DNA of 20,000 bases. It comes from Catajapyx aquilonaris. Taxonomy: Eukaryota. The DNA lies in NCBI GenBank assembly GCA_000934665.2, contig KZ538479.1, positions 47,501 to 67,500 on the forward strand, written 5' to 3'. The notes beneath the pieces are model-generated. The model had not been told where the DNA came from, did no database searches, and saw only the letters and a program-made list of their open reading frames with translations. Below, piece by piece: positions 9,078 to 19,348 of this stretch; positions within the stretch are counted from its first letter, which is position 1; every line of letters starts with the position of its first letter. A program made the position numbers and the translations under genes.

Positions 9078-12000
9078 ACTGATAAGTTAGCAGTAACTAG
9101 CAGCGGAACGAAATTTCGACACGATGTATTTATTTACAGCTTTTGTATCTCCCAGACATTGTTTCTGACAATGTGTACCGATTGGTATTGGTGTAAAGTG
9201 TCGTAAGCCGCAGCACCATCATGAGCGCCAGCAAACGAAGGGCCGCTAATCCTCATGATATTGCTGTGATTTATAAGCCATGAAGCCCACCATCGCGTAG
9301 CAATTTCCTTGCCCTAATCCATCGCCCCGGAGGGAAAGTGAAGGAACTAGAAGGGGAGTTTCGTGGGGAGAAAAACATTTCCTTCTAAGCCCACCCTCTT
9401 GTTATGTTGTCACTACTTGGCTTCTCCTTTTGCCGAAACCTTTTTGTGGCTTCGTTTTTTTCCCTAGACCCACACCCTTTTGTTTTTGTCATACACACCA
9501 ACCAATAGTTTTTGCAACACATTGTTCCCTTATTAAATTATAGCCTACCCTGTAAAATTAACAGGCGCCCTACTTTTCTCAGAGACACTTTCACAAAATT
9601 GGTCCTGCATTCCCAGTAACCCACTTGTACCCCCGAGACACCACTGTTTCTACTTTACCCTCCCCACCCCCTCTTTGGTCCATGTTTACTTCTTTCCCAC
9701 CATTTCTCCCCCTCCATCCCCTATTCCCCCCAAAGGGCCGACTGTCTGGCGACAGCTTCTGGCGCCACGTCGGGAGCCAAATTGATGGTTTCTCAAGAAG
9801 ATGGGGTCACTGAGCCACTGTTACAATTCGGATAGTAGTAGAAGCAGGGGGAGGGAGGGAGAGAGAGGAAGATGCTGGATGACAAGAGAGATTTCGTACC
9901 ATGCACCTCCCCCACCTCCAACCCACCCTCATAGCATTCATTCGATTTTTTTAGACATTTGGATGGCGCCACATTGCCTGTTTTAAGGAAGGAGGGCGCC
10001 AGAAGAGACGGGGATTTCAGGTTCCATTTCGAATGAGAAGATTGTATAAAAGTCAGTATTAATATTTACCATAATATCAGTCAAAAGAGAACATTTTTCA
10101 ACACAGCGCTCGAACATTCTAAGGTTTACTGTACTTTGGGGAAGGGGACACAATAATTTGTATATGTCGTGATTAGCATGCAGCACCTTCTCCTGAAGGG
10201 CTGCATGACGCGGTTGGTTTCCATGTTCTTTGTGCGACTTGATTATGGCGTATCCCACATTTCAGCTCGACTGGCTGGTTGGTTGCAGCCGAACAATGCG
10301 AATTAGAATGGCGGTGAAAAGCTTGTTTTGGGGATCAGGTTTCTGCACGAACGCCGAGGCATACATTTCACTGGCTATTCCCACGGGGACTCTCAGAGAA
10401 GTGTAATACAATGTTGCTCTACCCATTCACAACGAACGTTGGCACGGTGGTACATTGTCACACGTGGAGTGTTAGTCACTATTTTTAATAACTCGACAAT
10501 TTTGGTCGTATCTACAGTAGAATTATTACAGTGGGTTACTGTACTTCATTTGCCTAGTATGGATTTTTATGCCACTGAAGTATCAAAATAATGAGCCTGA
10601 CATGGACACGTCACTATGGAGCCTAGTTGTGTCATAAAGCCGTACAATGGAGCAATGATAATTTTAGCTAGTTTAATAATTCTTCTGTAGATCTTAACAG
10701 TTTAATTTAAATACTGGACCTGCCGTACTTTAATAACAACTAAAGTTCGCATAATCCTACAGGGACGGCACGAACCACCACACACATTATATCTTGACAA
10801 TCTAATATCAAAAGCCAATACGCTTTATATGCGGTATTTCTCGCAAAAGTAACTTCTACAAGTACTAACAATCAGCTTTGGGTCAAAAAATAGCATCCAA
10901 CCAATACAGACACTTCAATTGTAACATGCTGTGTATAGCAGGTGATTTGGGATAAATTCCCTGGAATATTATATCTAGCAATTTTAGTTACAAACCCGTA
11001 TCAAAATGTGTGGTTTATTTTATTCTCTTTCTTCTCTGTAAACACTAACCACCTCCACGTACAAGCGAAGTCATTTTGTTTGCCACTCAAGATCAAACCC
11101 TATAATACACCACATGGTGCACCACATTCTATGCGATTTGTTAAAGATTGATTTGGTGGACTCTTGCAGTATCAACATTTATAATACTGTACTGTTAAAC
11201 GATTTATAATGGTTCAACCTGATCTGAGTAAATTTTTAACTGAAAGTTTTAGGACGCTTTCCTTCTCCCTCACTCTCCTCGCTAAATAAAATCGTGAAGA
11301 ACTGCTCACGTTCAAGTCCAAAGAGGGATCAACCTCTGAAAAGCAGTTGCGGGAAATCCTCTTTTCCACGAGCCGAAAATAGTCCCCATTCTTTGAACCA
11401 TTTTTCTCTTCCCATCGCAACATTTTCAACCACCCTATATAGTCAGCATCGTGTTTACGTCTGTGAAAAAAAGGAGCGGATTTTAAATCCGCTTTCAAAA
11501 CGCCGCCTCTCCCCACCTCCTGCCTTACCCCAGGCCCCCTCAAACCCAACGAAATTATGTGGTCTCTGATGTCAAACGGGCAAATGCTCTTTGGGGAGAG
11601 GAAATTTTTGTTGCCGCAGGGAAGTAAACAAGGGAGACCCCCGGATTCTATATAGCCAATCACAGATATATCCCTGTCGGGGTCACCTCATATTCCGGGG
11701 GACTCTTCTCTTTCATCCCGGACCGACGCACTTCCCACGCTGATCCTACCGATTCTCAACAGCAGACAGTATATGCGTATGCAGGCTTTTTTATACGGAC
11801 GCCTATTCCAACTCCTCCCAAACCATGTTGGAGCTACGGTTTCCGACTGTGCTTGCCGGTGGGAGTGCATACATTTACATTTATATGCGGGGATGTTTTC
11901 ATCAAGGGATACGGTACATATTCCACTAGCTACTGCCAAGTTGTGAGGAAAGATGAAACCAGGTTTTAATTAGCCTTTTTTATTATTCAACATGCTAATT

Positions 12001-12109
12001 GACGGAGACTATGCAGATGGTGAACCTTAAGCATACAATGTGGTCACTTGAACTGCGTGGACCACCGTGCCAGAAGAATATCAGCATCACTTTCCCCCAC
12101 CCCAAAAAT

Positions 12110-12137
12110 ATACAATGAGTGACGTCACTCATTGTAT
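12110..12137. repeat. 28-bp perfect palindrome centred on a CRE-consensus octamer (TGACGTCA)
   Basis: atacaatgagtgac|gtcactcattgtat; TGACGTCA at 12120-12127. Confidence 0.95.
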
Positions 12138-13803
12138 CTCCCCTCATCCATTGTGCCAATCCGGAACTTCCTCAGAAAAGGAGTCTCTTTCTTCAGTCTC
12201 GGATCAGTGCAACACTCCAATATCGAAGGCTCGAATTCCCATCTAACCGATGACGTCTCAACTCCCCCTCCCTACCTTATACCCTACGGCGGCAATCCTC
12301 AATCCGGTTTTATTTGGCAACCAAGTTCCACCTCCCTCCCCTCCCTGGCTCTCCCCAAATAATTGATTTGGATTCAGGGGAATGCCGGCTGCGAAGGTGG
12401 CGAAGAATCGGGTCTTGGTAATGGCGCCGAGGGAGTCAGGCTTAAATGATTACATGGAAATTGCGGAACACTTAAGGCCAATGGGAAAGACTCTCTGATG
12501 ACCTCTCCCTTCTCGATTGAGCTTTGCAGGGAAGGGAAGGGAGGGAGAAAGAAAAGAGAGGGAGGGAGAGACGAGAGGAACTGCTGGGCACCGCTCTTCA
12601 GAGAATTTGCATGTTATCGATGACCCTGTCAGAAAATTTACACGCCATCAGATTGCAAATATATCGATTACAGGATTGCTGGGTTAAATTAACTCTGTCG
12701 GACCCCAACTGGTTACGTAGGTACTAGCCATGAATAGTAAGGGGGGGGGGTGACATTATTTAATTCCTCACGAGGAGTCTAGATTGGTACTGCAACCACA
12801 GTCATTTCTTGCGCTCTTAAAATTCATATACCGCACTAGTTTTTAAAATGTCACTGCCTTATTTTATTACAATGGTGGTTAATCTAATTACGTGGAAATT
12901 CTCACAGATCCCTTGTAAAACATTTTCAATAGTAAAAAATTACATAAATGTTGTCGAGTCCTTGCATACGATCTATGATTGTTGTGGTTGTAAGCAATGC
13001 TTAATCCAATGAAATTTGTACTCTACGTAGACCAAAAAAATTCACGTTACTGCAAAATACCACATTATAGACCACTACACTGTAATAATAGCCTAGCCCA
13101 GTTGTATTCCATCAGAAATAGTTACGATCAATGACCTTGTACAATCCACTGTAGACCAAATGTGCATTAATTGATCATATTGCACAGTATGCTCTGAGAG
13201 GCCCAATAACACAAACCCTTACCGATGCAAAACTTCAAACAGATGCACAATATTCACTAAGTCCCCCCCCCCCCATCTCAGACTGTAATAGCAATTGACA
13301 AGATGAGTGTTTCTAAATATTTGAATACATGATTCACTTACACACTCATTATTTTCGGAATATACTGTAATATTGGAGGCAAAAAAAAATCCAAGGCACT
13401 TCCAGATAAGTTCATTACAGGCATTATACAATGAAATAAACTTATTGTTAAAAATATCATATCACTTCATTAGAACCATACTGATATACAAATGCAATAA
13501 TTAACATGCTTTATGTTGCCCCAGAACCGCTTTGGTATTAATTGGTCCGAAATCTTGATACCGGAACCGGCCACATCCTGTCCCTATTAGCAGCATCCTA
13601 AACACATGATACGACTCTCAAGTAACTTTTGCTCGACCACATCTCACCCAAACTGCCCATAAAGCCACACCAGTTTCCTTTGCTAAAATACCCTCCTCCC
13701 TTTCCCTGACATCTTAGTAAATGCAGAAGTGGACCTCCATAGATCATCATTTGCCACCTCATCCCCTTCCTCCACCCCCTCCCCTTTCGAACAAGAGACA
13801 AAC

Positions 13804-13821
13804 GAGAGTGAGAGAGAGAGA
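13804..13821 (+). repeat. Short (GA)n tract, GAGA-type motif
   Basis: gagagtgagagagagaga. Any regulatory role is unproven. Confidence 0.6.
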
Positions 13822-16800
13822 AGCTTTGGCGATGAGTCAGTCTCGTCGGGAAAGTGAAGTGGGAACGGCTGTCAAAGTCCGCCTCACTGCATTAGGGACC
13901 CCAGTCACAACCTAATAAAGATAATAGATGGAGGCTGAGAATTCACCCCAACTGCTGTATTGTGCCCTACCATGCAGGGAAGGGGGTGTCTCCAAGAGAG
14001 GGGGGCCTCCTTATCTTCAAATTGATCTTGGTAGCCTACACCTGCATGCTGGATAACTTATGGCTTAGAAGGAATTTAGTTAACCACCGAATGTGATCAA
14101 TTCGTGTTATAATATGAAAAAAAATCGTGGCGCCTAAGCACTTGCATTGTTACAAATTAATGCGTCTATAATTCAATATGTCACATTTTAGCACAGTCCT
14201 GCCCAAATCCTCCGAGTTAAAACCCGGTCCGGTTTCAAAAGTTGCCCCAGACTTCCGACTGCAGTTTCTCACAACGTTGCCACAAAGTCCAGAAGGTCCT
14301 TTGGCACTGAAATTTCATGAACTGCAAAGGCATCCGTCCTACAGTTTCAGTCAGAAATCACCAGTTGAATTCTCCAGCTACTAGTTAGTTAGCAAAAACC
14401 CAATCCGGAGTTACTGTTGGCGCTTGAGGCAGCCTCCGTCTCTTGCTTGTCTAATGGAAGTCCCTGCAAGTTCTATTGTCAAAGTTGGGGGGAAAATGGG
14501 GCAGCGGGGGTGCCTTTGCTTCGGCGACAGAGGGCGGATCACAATAGCTGGATGGAGCCCGTAACATCCTCTGGTCAAGTCATCAGTCCAGCTATATTGA
14601 TGGGGCACAAAATTCAAGATCCTCTTTTCTCCAAGTCGGTGTGTGTGCTAGCGTTGGGTTGTGTGTGTTATCTTCTCCTTTCGCCTGGCTCGCCATGGAT
14701 TTAATCATTTTAATGGATGGCGTCCATTGTGACTTAGGCGGGCAATTTTTTTAGCCTTTTGTGGCGTCAGGCAATCTCGTCTGGACCTCAGATTTCGGGG
14801 GGATCACACCGCGGTAAACTTGGGCTTAACTTGGGTCGCTTGTCGCGGTTGGTTGTTGTTCAGGGACGGAGGGGTGGGGGTGGGGTCTTAGCTTGATGAC
14901 AGCATCGATTTATGACGTGCCTGGGGATCCGGGATGAACTGTCGCACTACCCGTACATCCATCATGGGACTGGGGAAATTGTTGCAATCAATATCTGTTC
15001 AAATAGCGCATTACAAACAACGTATATTGCCTTATTAGCAAGAACTCTTGTCACGCAGATTACACACTTCCCTGCATGGTGATAAAATATTAAATATGTG
15101 CCGGAGAGATCTCACAATTGCAACAATTCACTCTATACGGAACATGCCCAATGATTGACTCGACGTAAAAACAGTGTGACTTCCCCAACTCTCAGTTAGT
15201 GTGATTTAGAGCGCAGTCATGGTGTTCCCCAACACCTGTCATCTTCATAAATCTTTCCCATTGTGTCCGGACCGTTTAGATTACAACAGACTAATGGATT
15301 ATATCGCTTTGTTCACCCCCTTGGTGCGCCATTATCTATGCATGTCCCTACTAGGAAAGTAATCGCCACGATGCTTTCTACAAAATAGCACGCAACCCTG
15401 ATGGAGGTAATCCTTTTGTTGTCACCCAGCCAGCTCACAAGACTACTGCAGACTGCATTTTTCCACTTCGATTTGAATTAATCGATAAGACATTAGGACG
15501 ATCAAGCTAAAACGTGTTAGCCTCTATAGAACCAAAAGAAATAAAAGCGTTTTCAAACTCCTAACAATGTTAACAATTAGTTGGCATGCGAACTATTTTA
15601 CAAATTTAAGCCAGTGAAAGGTCCAAAATCCAATCTAGTTTGTAGTGGTAGACATAAAAAAGAACAATCGTTCTGGATCCCAAGTCGTTGTTTATTGCCC
15701 GGATCGAAGGTGGTTCCGAGAGCGAGCTGGTGGACTCGTGACCAAGCACGTCTTTTGGGGATCAAGAGAGCCATTTATGGGGATGGACAGACAGGGGAGC
15801 CCGGCTGAGTAAATAGACGCCCTAGACTCCCAACACTCTCCAGCGTATAGTGCTTCTCGCCGTCGAGAGGCTTTCCACACCATCATGGGTTGCATATGAA
15901 GCAGGGACACGCACACAAGGAACCTGGACACTCTCGAGTTCGGTCAATTTGGACACTGTATTGAGGACGGAAACGCAAGTTAGGCAAATATTTACACATT
16001 GAACATTTTCTGCAGCAAGATACATTGTGGTCACAGTTCAAACAAATGTGAAATGCGACCCTGCACCCGGACATTCAGAGAAATTCGCTGATGTCTTCTT
16101 TGTAAAAAAAATGGTCCACAGTGATGCATTCCACGTCTCATAAGAATGCCGGAACAATACAGGAAAAATGAGCTTTATATTAATTGACAAAAGATTGCTC
16201 GTTAGTGACTAAGGGCATACCCACCAAAATTAAGTGCAACTTCCTCCTGGAGCTTTATCAGATAAATCCATAAATTGCTGAGTTGTCCTCCCCTGGCCCG
16301 AATTCTCCCCCGATCCAGAAATGTCATAAATGGAGAGGGCCTGCTGACACGCTGGGATGTGACGCTAAGAGGGGGGAGGGGGGAGGCGTCGAGATCACGT
16401 TCCCGACGTCACCCACGAAAATGACATAAACGAGACTGAGCGCAGGCAGCAGTCCCTTTGCCGCCGACAAACCGACCGTTTCATTTCTAGCTGGAAGCCC
16501 AAGCACAATCATTCATACTCCCCACCCTTCCCCTAACTCATAACCATTGTCCCCGAAAAAGCACGGTCACGAGCTACACACAACGCTCTGTCAAATGCAT
16601 CGCTTGGCAATCTACATCAATGCGAGTTGCTAGCATTTTCCCCCATTTTTTTTGTTCGCCACTCAAAATTACGTCCCAAAGTCACCCTCGTCCGCCATTT
16701 TGTTTCCATCCGCCCATTTCATGTATGAAGTCATTTTGACTCTTTCATAAACTTATAGCAATGTCATATGGTGGGTTTTTCCTCCTGATAAGGCTCTGCT

Positions 16801-16832
16801 TTAAAAAAAAGTAGCAACCGGCTTCTGCTAAT

Positions 16833-16896
16833 CAGGATTCCCCCATGGTTACCACCACTGTTACTAGCTGCTGACAGCACTGCCAACTAGCAGTAG
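16833..16896. mobile_element. Possible decayed relative of the 6948/8840 MITE family
   Basis: Shares short blocks: caggatt..ccatgg (compare 9016-9030), ccactg..ctgctgac (compare left TIR), cactgccaac (compare 7003-7012) and aactagcagt (compare right TIR). The alignment is not continuous. Confidence 0.3.
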
Positions 16897-17639
16897 TTGA
16901 CCTCCCAAAAAAATTTAATTGTTGCTAATATTTTGGTGGAAATAACCGTTCCTTCTGGACAGTTCGTTATCTATTGAGTCAAGCGCACTTTGGTAAAAAT
17001 TAACAGAATTGAAATTTTGCTCGCAACATTCATTTCGTCATATTATGCTCATTCAGATTGTCGCTGGTATGTCATATCAATGTCATGTGTTTTGTAATGT
17101 ACTGTACGACTACATTTGTGACAATTGACTGCTACAGTATGCTTGGAAGTGAGATACAGAATTGCCTTCATCACAACACCGATACGAATGTCAGCTAAAT
17201 TATGCCTTTCTTATATGATAAATCGGATTTTCGCATTGGGATACCGAATGTGGCAGGGGTAGGGGCACGCTGTACCAACCTACCCCATGACCTAACTTTC
17301 CTTCTCGACAGCATACCTATCCGTCAGCAGACAGAAGCCTAGGAAAGTAGATAAAAGTGCGGGGATTCCCGATATGAAAGCGTAGCCGGATTTTCTCATT
17401 ATGAGCTGCATACTTTTGAGTCGGGTGACGTATGGCGCATCATACACAACCAAGGCATGAAATAGTATGCAAACCCCCACTTTTCTCCCGCTCCTCCGTC
17501 CAAGTGCTGGCTGGTCCACAAATGCGACGCAAGTGGACCTTGACTTTCCAGCAGGAGAACTTAATTCCGGCAGCGAATGAGGCGCGACCGACGGACCTTC
17601 CCCCCTTCCCCGCAAGAAAATAAAGGAGGGGGGGGGGGG

Positions 17640-17657
17640 NNNNNNNNNNNNNNNNNN
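17640..17657. other. Assembly gap (18 N) directly after a G run
   Basis: G12 at 17628-17639, then N at 17640-17657; C15 lies nearby at 17708-17722. Confidence 0.95.
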
Positions 17658-17969
17658 CCCTTTTGGGTGGGGCATTCAGGTTTTTGGGGCTTGCCTGCCT
17701 CCTTGGTCCCCCCCCCCCCCCCTTACCTCATTTCACGCCTGGAAAACCCTCCAGAAATAAAAATGAGAGAAAAAATGGGGGAGGAATTATTCACGCTTCT
17801 CGTCATCAGAACTCCAGAATTTTTATTGGCCCCTTTTGTGGGATGAAAATAGGTCCAATTTTGGGCCTACACTTTGAACACTACAGTGAAGTGATTCAAA
17901 TTGACTGTACGTTTCATTGTTTAAGTGTATGAGAATTTCCATATCAATTGATAGATATTTTCTTTCCAG

Positions 17970-18026
17970 CAACATCCAATATGAAGAATTTGAGATGCCG
18001 GCGAAGGACGTCAAGCCGAAATTCGG
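17970..18026 (+). CDS. Candidate 57-nt internal coding exon, phase 2/2, peptide NIQYEEFEMPAKDVKPKF(G)
   Basis: Strong acceptor atattttctttccag ends at 17969; strong donor GG|gtgagt at 18027. Length is a multiple of 3 and the peptide has protein-like composition. Protein not recognised. Confidence 0.55.
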
Positions 18027-19092
18027 GTGAGTTGATTTTTCTACTGTACGAGTAAGTATCTAAGCATGCGCAGTGCGTCCTAAAAACAGTTCCAAAAATG
18101 TAATTATGACTCCTGTCCGCACATTGAAAGCCTTGCTGAGTCTGGCTCCGACAAACAAAAAATTGTCAGCCTCGCTTTTCAAAGCGTTGCCAAAAGCAAT
18201 ATGGCCTGACGTTGCACGGATACTGTCAGCATTCAACAGGCTTCTCGTCCCACGCCAAAACAACCAATCAGCGTCTGCTATACTAATACCCCCCCCCCCC
18301 CTTTCCTCCCTTCAATTTCCACCCCACACTACCATCCCTTTTCCTATACCTAATTAATTTCCAACCGCGTCAGGATTCCCGTTACATTACTTTGCTAACT
18401 ATGTTAGTGCACGAGTCTTTTTGCCGTAATAGACATGAAAATGTAGCATAATGTTACTTCGAATGTATTTATGAACATATGTAAAAATTCATAACTGACA
18501 TTTCTGAAACGTCCTATAGGACACTTGTACAGTTGTTACATTTTAGTCGTTATGTTATTAGTTCTTAATTTGCTCATAAAATATTTAAAATAAACAACAT
18601 AATTCAGGCACATTTTGGTTAATTTCAAAGTTAAAACTGGATGTTACTCCTCCATGTAGGTTACTGTACACCACTATTACCATTCAACTTATCAGTGCCA
18701 GAATATTGATCGTATATTAATCCCCGTCCAAACATAAATGTCTCTGTCAATAGACGGTGGTGTCGAGTACAAAAACCAACCCTGCTAATTAGAGGGTTGG
18801 GTCTGGCCGGAAAAAAAAATGAGAGTAGTAGATAGACACGGCAAAACAACGGTTTGGATCCGCCCAATTTGGGTCGAGTGTAATTAGGCAAAAGCAAGCG
18901 CGTCAATACCCGCGCACAATGCTCACCCTGGTGCCTTTTCAATTCCGGAATCGATGCGGTAATATTGGTAGATCGAGCCTGGCTCCTAAGTAAGGAAGGC
19001 GTCGAGGGGTCCATAGAGTAGGGGAGAGTTTGGAGGGAGTTGGGGGAGAGGGGACGATAAAACACAAAAAAGTAGGGAAAAGAATAATGGTC

Positions 19093-19181
19093 TCACGTGA
19101 CAGCTCTTGTTGTTGATCTGCTTTGAAAAAGCTGGCTTAGGATTCCTTACAATCCTGACGAGTCACGTGACTCCGCGAAAA
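19093..19181. promoter_or_regulatory. Motif cluster: two extended E-boxes (TCACGTGAC) and an adjacent E2F-like CGCGAAAA
   Basis: tcacgtgac at 19093-19101; 14-bp palindrome gagtcacgtgactc at 19160-19173; cgcgaaaa at 19174-19181. The motifs are seen directly; function is inferred only. Confidence 0.3.
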
Positions 19182-19324
19182 ACCCTGTTGTTTTCTCGGC
19201 CAACATGTGCACTTAACATTGGTTAATTAATTGTTACAGTCGACACACCAGTGGGTCATCTTTAACCAAATTTAAAGGTCTCGGTTACACAAGTCATCTC
19301 AGAATTACATATTCTCTTTATCAG

Positions 19325-19348
19325 GTGTACCTTCCCATTCAATGCACG
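19325..19348 (+). CDS. Candidate 24-nt microexon
   Basis: Acceptor attctctttatcag ends at 19324; donor CG|gtgagc at 19349. All three frames are open; spliced to the 57-nt candidate it reads ...KPKFGCTFPFNAR. Confidence 0.3.

Larger units (their letters stand above)
8840..9126. mobile_element. MITE-like element (~287 bp) with ~45-bp imperfect TIRs and two internal palindromes
   Basis: Left catggggtgaaattttcgttcc..ctgctagttactgctgactta (8840-8895, with ~11 extra bases) pairs with right taagttagcagtaactagcagcggaacgaaatttcgacacgatg (9083-9126), followed by TA. A TA flank would fit Tc1/mariner-type MITEs (inference; the left flank is AA). Confidence 0.8.

Noticed and set aside
8882..9206. Identical peptide AMALLRAAALSSAMANPG on both strands, resembling a signal or transit peptide
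   Set aside because: A direct by-product of the 64-bp DNA palindrome inside a MITE-like element.
10440..12072. 12-bp inverted match tggcacggtggt / accaccgtgcca as ends of a 1.6-kb Transib-like element
   Set aside because: The match does not extend, there is no 5-bp TSD and no transposase remnant; compatible with chance.
15905..15956. Short recurring words (ggacac three times here; also gctaagtg near 2369-2529 and acgagt near 6520-6556) as CRISPR or tandem arrays
   Set aside because: Units are only 6-8 bp, irregularly spaced, with no repeat-spacer pattern and no cas genes.
17727..17738. 12-nt minus-strand microexon (ttttccag|gcgtgaaatgag|gtaagg)
   Set aside because: Isolated, opposite to the better + strand candidates, and such short matches are expected by chance.
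18064..18072. NRF1/Ewg-like GCATGCGCA motif
   Set aside because: Single partial match with no other promoter evidence.
19135..19186. Hammerhead ribozyme-like CTGACGA-gtcacgtgac...GAAA preceded by a small hairpin
   Set aside because: Five extra bases separate stem II from GAAA, the NUH triplet is not correctly placed and stem III does not form.
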